Positions 62,168 through 64,000 of a stretch of DNA of 64,000 nt are shown here, one piece after another. Position numbers and translations under genes: made by a program. Position 1 is the stretch's first letter. Each line of letters begins with the position of its first letter. Below the pieces are notes generated by a model. The model saw only the letters and a list, made by a program, of their open reading frames with translations, was not told where the DNA came from and searched no databases. This DNA comes from Escherichia phage vB_EcoM_G2133: sequence record MK327928.1; one strand, 5' to 3'.

Positions 62168-62175
62168 TATTTATA
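62168..62175 (-). promoter_or_regulatory. late promoter (TATAAATA) upstream of the Alt paralogue
   Basis: Minus-strand TATAAATA followed by GAGAGGA RBS and the ATG at 62147. Confidence 0.5.
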
Positions 62176-62180
62176 AAATT

Positions 62181-62198
62181 AAAGGCCCGAAGGCCTTT
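62181..62198 (-). terminator. terminator hairpin overlapping the stop of the 62197..62385 ORF
   Basis: Minus strand AAAGGCCTTCGGGCCTTT (UUCG tetraloop) followed by a T-rich run. Confidence 0.5.
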
Positions 62199-62385
62199 AA
62201 TAATCTATTGGTAAGAGAGTACGATATATTTCAAACTTTGGACCTTTTTCATAGGTATCAAATGTTTCTGTGAATTTATTATAAGCATATGCATCTATAA
62301 ATTCAATCATAATTTGTGATACAGAAGTAGAAACATCTCCACCTTCTTTTTGAGCCACGACAATTGTTTCTAAGTAAGCTTTCAT
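62197..62385 (-). CDS. hypothetical small protein
   Basis: 62-aa ORF between gene 30 and the Alt paralogue. Confidence 0.5.
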   Translation of the reverse strand: MKAYLETIVVAQKEGGDVSTSVSQIMIEFIDAYAYNKFTETFDTYEKGPKFEIYRTLLPIDY

Positions 62386-63845
62386 AGACCAGTTACCTCA
62401 TGAAAATCACCAAATACATCCTCGAATGTATTAGCTTTAGTTTTATCTTCACGCAAACGAATCGCAATCGGAAGAAATAATTTAACGTAATCAGTGCGGC
62501 CATCAGATTTTAACCAACCGTTGCATTCGCACTCTAGAATTTTTCCAATATAATAATTTTGGTTTTCCATAATGCGAGTACGGTCAAGTTCATGCGATTT
62601 TACACCGGCTTTATCTTTTAAGCCTGAACCAGCATTTACTTTAATTTTTCCACACTCTGATTCAAGAATGAAACCACCTGCTTTAGTAGGGTCTTTACGG
62701 TGAGGATAAATTCCTACAATTTTTAAATCAACATCAATTACTTCTTTAAATTTATAAAGATTTTTTGAACGAGCATTTTCCCATAATCCATCGATATTTT
62801 TGAGAATAATACCTTCAAGACCTTGGTCAATATACTTTTTGTAAATTACCTTAGCTTCATCTAGGTTATTTACTACTTGGTTTTCAATTAAAATTACTTT
62901 ATCATAGCCTGATGTCATTTGTTCTAGTTTAGAAAAACGTACATCATATTTTAAACGAAATGCTGGAAGACCATATATTTCTACTAATGGAACATAATCC
63001 CAGACCTGAAACTTCATGCATTGTGCTTCTTTTTCAGAAATGGTTCCCTTTAAAGATTTATTGGCGATGCCATTAGATGCAGTACGTGATTCAGCTACTT
63101 CGGCGAATTCTTTAGCTTTACTAATTTCAGGATAAGCATCAAAAAGAAAATCTAGGCCTTCTGGTTCCTTTTCAACTTGCTCATGGTATACCAATTCGCC
63201 ATCAATTAACACACCTTCTGGATGAATCTGGCGGGCTTCAGCAGTCATTTTGATTAACTCTTCCTTAAGAAGATCTAATCCTAGATATTCATTGCCAGCT
63301 CGTGATAAAAGACGAACATCATCTAATTCATCACCTCTGACTTCGGCAAAGCACCGAGCTCCATCAGCTTTTAACTGGGCAAAGGCTGGAAATTTGATAT
63401 TCTTATTAATGCCTTTTTCATCATAAGAACTTGCAAGCATTTGAGGTTGTTCAGGAATTAAACCTGGCCAAACTTTGTTCGCAATAGATACTGAAGCGCC
63501 ACATTCAAGGTCTCGCATCATCACTCGACGCAAAACTTCAACATCATCTTTTTTACCATCGGTGATGTATCCAATTAATTCCTCAATCGCCGCATTTCCA
63601 GTCAATTTCCGAGTAGCTAACGTGAATTCAATGAAGTCAAGCATATCGGTAAGAGTCAACATTCCAAAACTCTGGGTAGCAATACCAGGTTTAGGCCATT
63701 TCTTGATATAATACTGTAACCCACGAGAATAAGTCAGACGATATACTCGTTTAAGCAATTCATTATCTTTATTCTTTTCAAGAATTGCTTGCTTCTGCTT
63801 AGTTGAACCAATAGATGCTATTTCGTTCAGAATTTTAAGAATCAT
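62382..63845 (-). CDS. 30: ATP-dependent DNA ligase
   Basis: MILKILNEIASIGSTKQKQAILEKNKDNELLKRVYRLTYSRG... with adenylation motif KADG (AQLKADGARCF); matches T4 DNA ligase along its length. Confidence 0.97.
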   Translation of the reverse strand: MILKILNEIASIGSTKQKQAILEKNKDNELLKRVYRLTYSRGLQYYIKKWPKPGIATQSFGMLTLTDMLDFIEFTLATRKLTGNAAIEELIGYITDGKKDDVEVLRRVMMRDLECGASVSIANKVWPGLIPEQPQMLASSYDEKGINKNIKFPAFAQLKADGARCFAEVRGDELDDVRLLSRAGNEYLGLDLLKEELIKMTAEARQIHPEGVLIDGELVYHEQVEKEPEGLDFLFDAYPEISKAKEFAEVAESRTASNGIANKSLKGTISEKEAQCMKFQVWDYVPLVEIYGLPAFRLKYDVRFSKLEQMTSGYDKVILIENQVVNNLDEAKVIYKKYIDQGLEGIILKNIDGLWENARSKNLYKFKEVIDVDLKIVGIYPHRKDPTKAGGFILESECGKIKVNAGSGLKDKAGVKSHELDRTRIMENQNYYIGKILECECNGWLKSDGRTDYVKLFLPIAIRLREDKTKANTFEDVFGDFHEVTGL

Positions 63846-64000
63846 TGTTCATCCTTTAGAGTTTGGTTTACAGCTCTATTATAAATCAATTCATCATTAA
63901 GCTCAGTCAAAGACCTGTGGTACGTTGTTCTAACTTTATTTCCTTGCATCCAGTGCTTGACGTAAATGAAACCTTGCTCTACACATTTTTTAAAAATTCG
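63842..64000 (-). CDS. hypothetical protein, 5'-truncated by the window edge
   Basis: Hand-translated open frame from the edge ending ...TELNDELIYNRAVNQTLKDEQ with TGA overlapping the gene 30 ATG (ATGA). Confidence 0.4.
   Translation of the reverse strand, partial: RIFKKCVEQGFIYVKHWMQGNKVRTTYHRSLTELNDELIYNRAVNQTLKDEQ

Overview
This window is a contiguous segment of a T4-like (T-even) myophage genome, colinear with the phage T4 map from denV and lysozyme e, through the tRNA cluster and genes 57B-57A-1-3-2-4, the late structural block (53, 5, 6-12, wac, 13-24), rnlB-hoc-inh-segE-uvsW-uvsY and the baseplate hub genes 25-26-51-27-28-29-48-54, to alt and DNA ligase (gene 30). Identifications rest on the supplied ORF translations, motifs I can read directly (P-loops, foldon, lysozyme domain, KxDG, HxT, GIY-YIG, HNH, the ADP-ribosyltransferase R/STS/ExE triad), T4 synteny, and hand-folded tRNAs; no database search was possible. 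ORF coordinates include the stop codon. The core is conventional; what stands out is in the accessory loci. (1) Four small genes carry a T4-type capsid-targeting N-terminus and sit in two loci, next to an Acb1 (57B)-like 2H phosphoesterase, consistent with a set of injected anti-defence proteins. (2) There are two tandem full-length Alt-like ADP-ribosyltransferase genes. (3) Hoc carries an internal ~288-bp tandem duplication adding an Ig-like domain. (4) Five freestanding homing-endonuclease genes are present (two GIY-YIG, three HNH-type), one abutting the tRNA cluster where tRNA-Gln is missing. (5) A six-gene early block between nudE and the tRNAs is unrecognised. I did not find a CRISPR array, integrase, or transposon.
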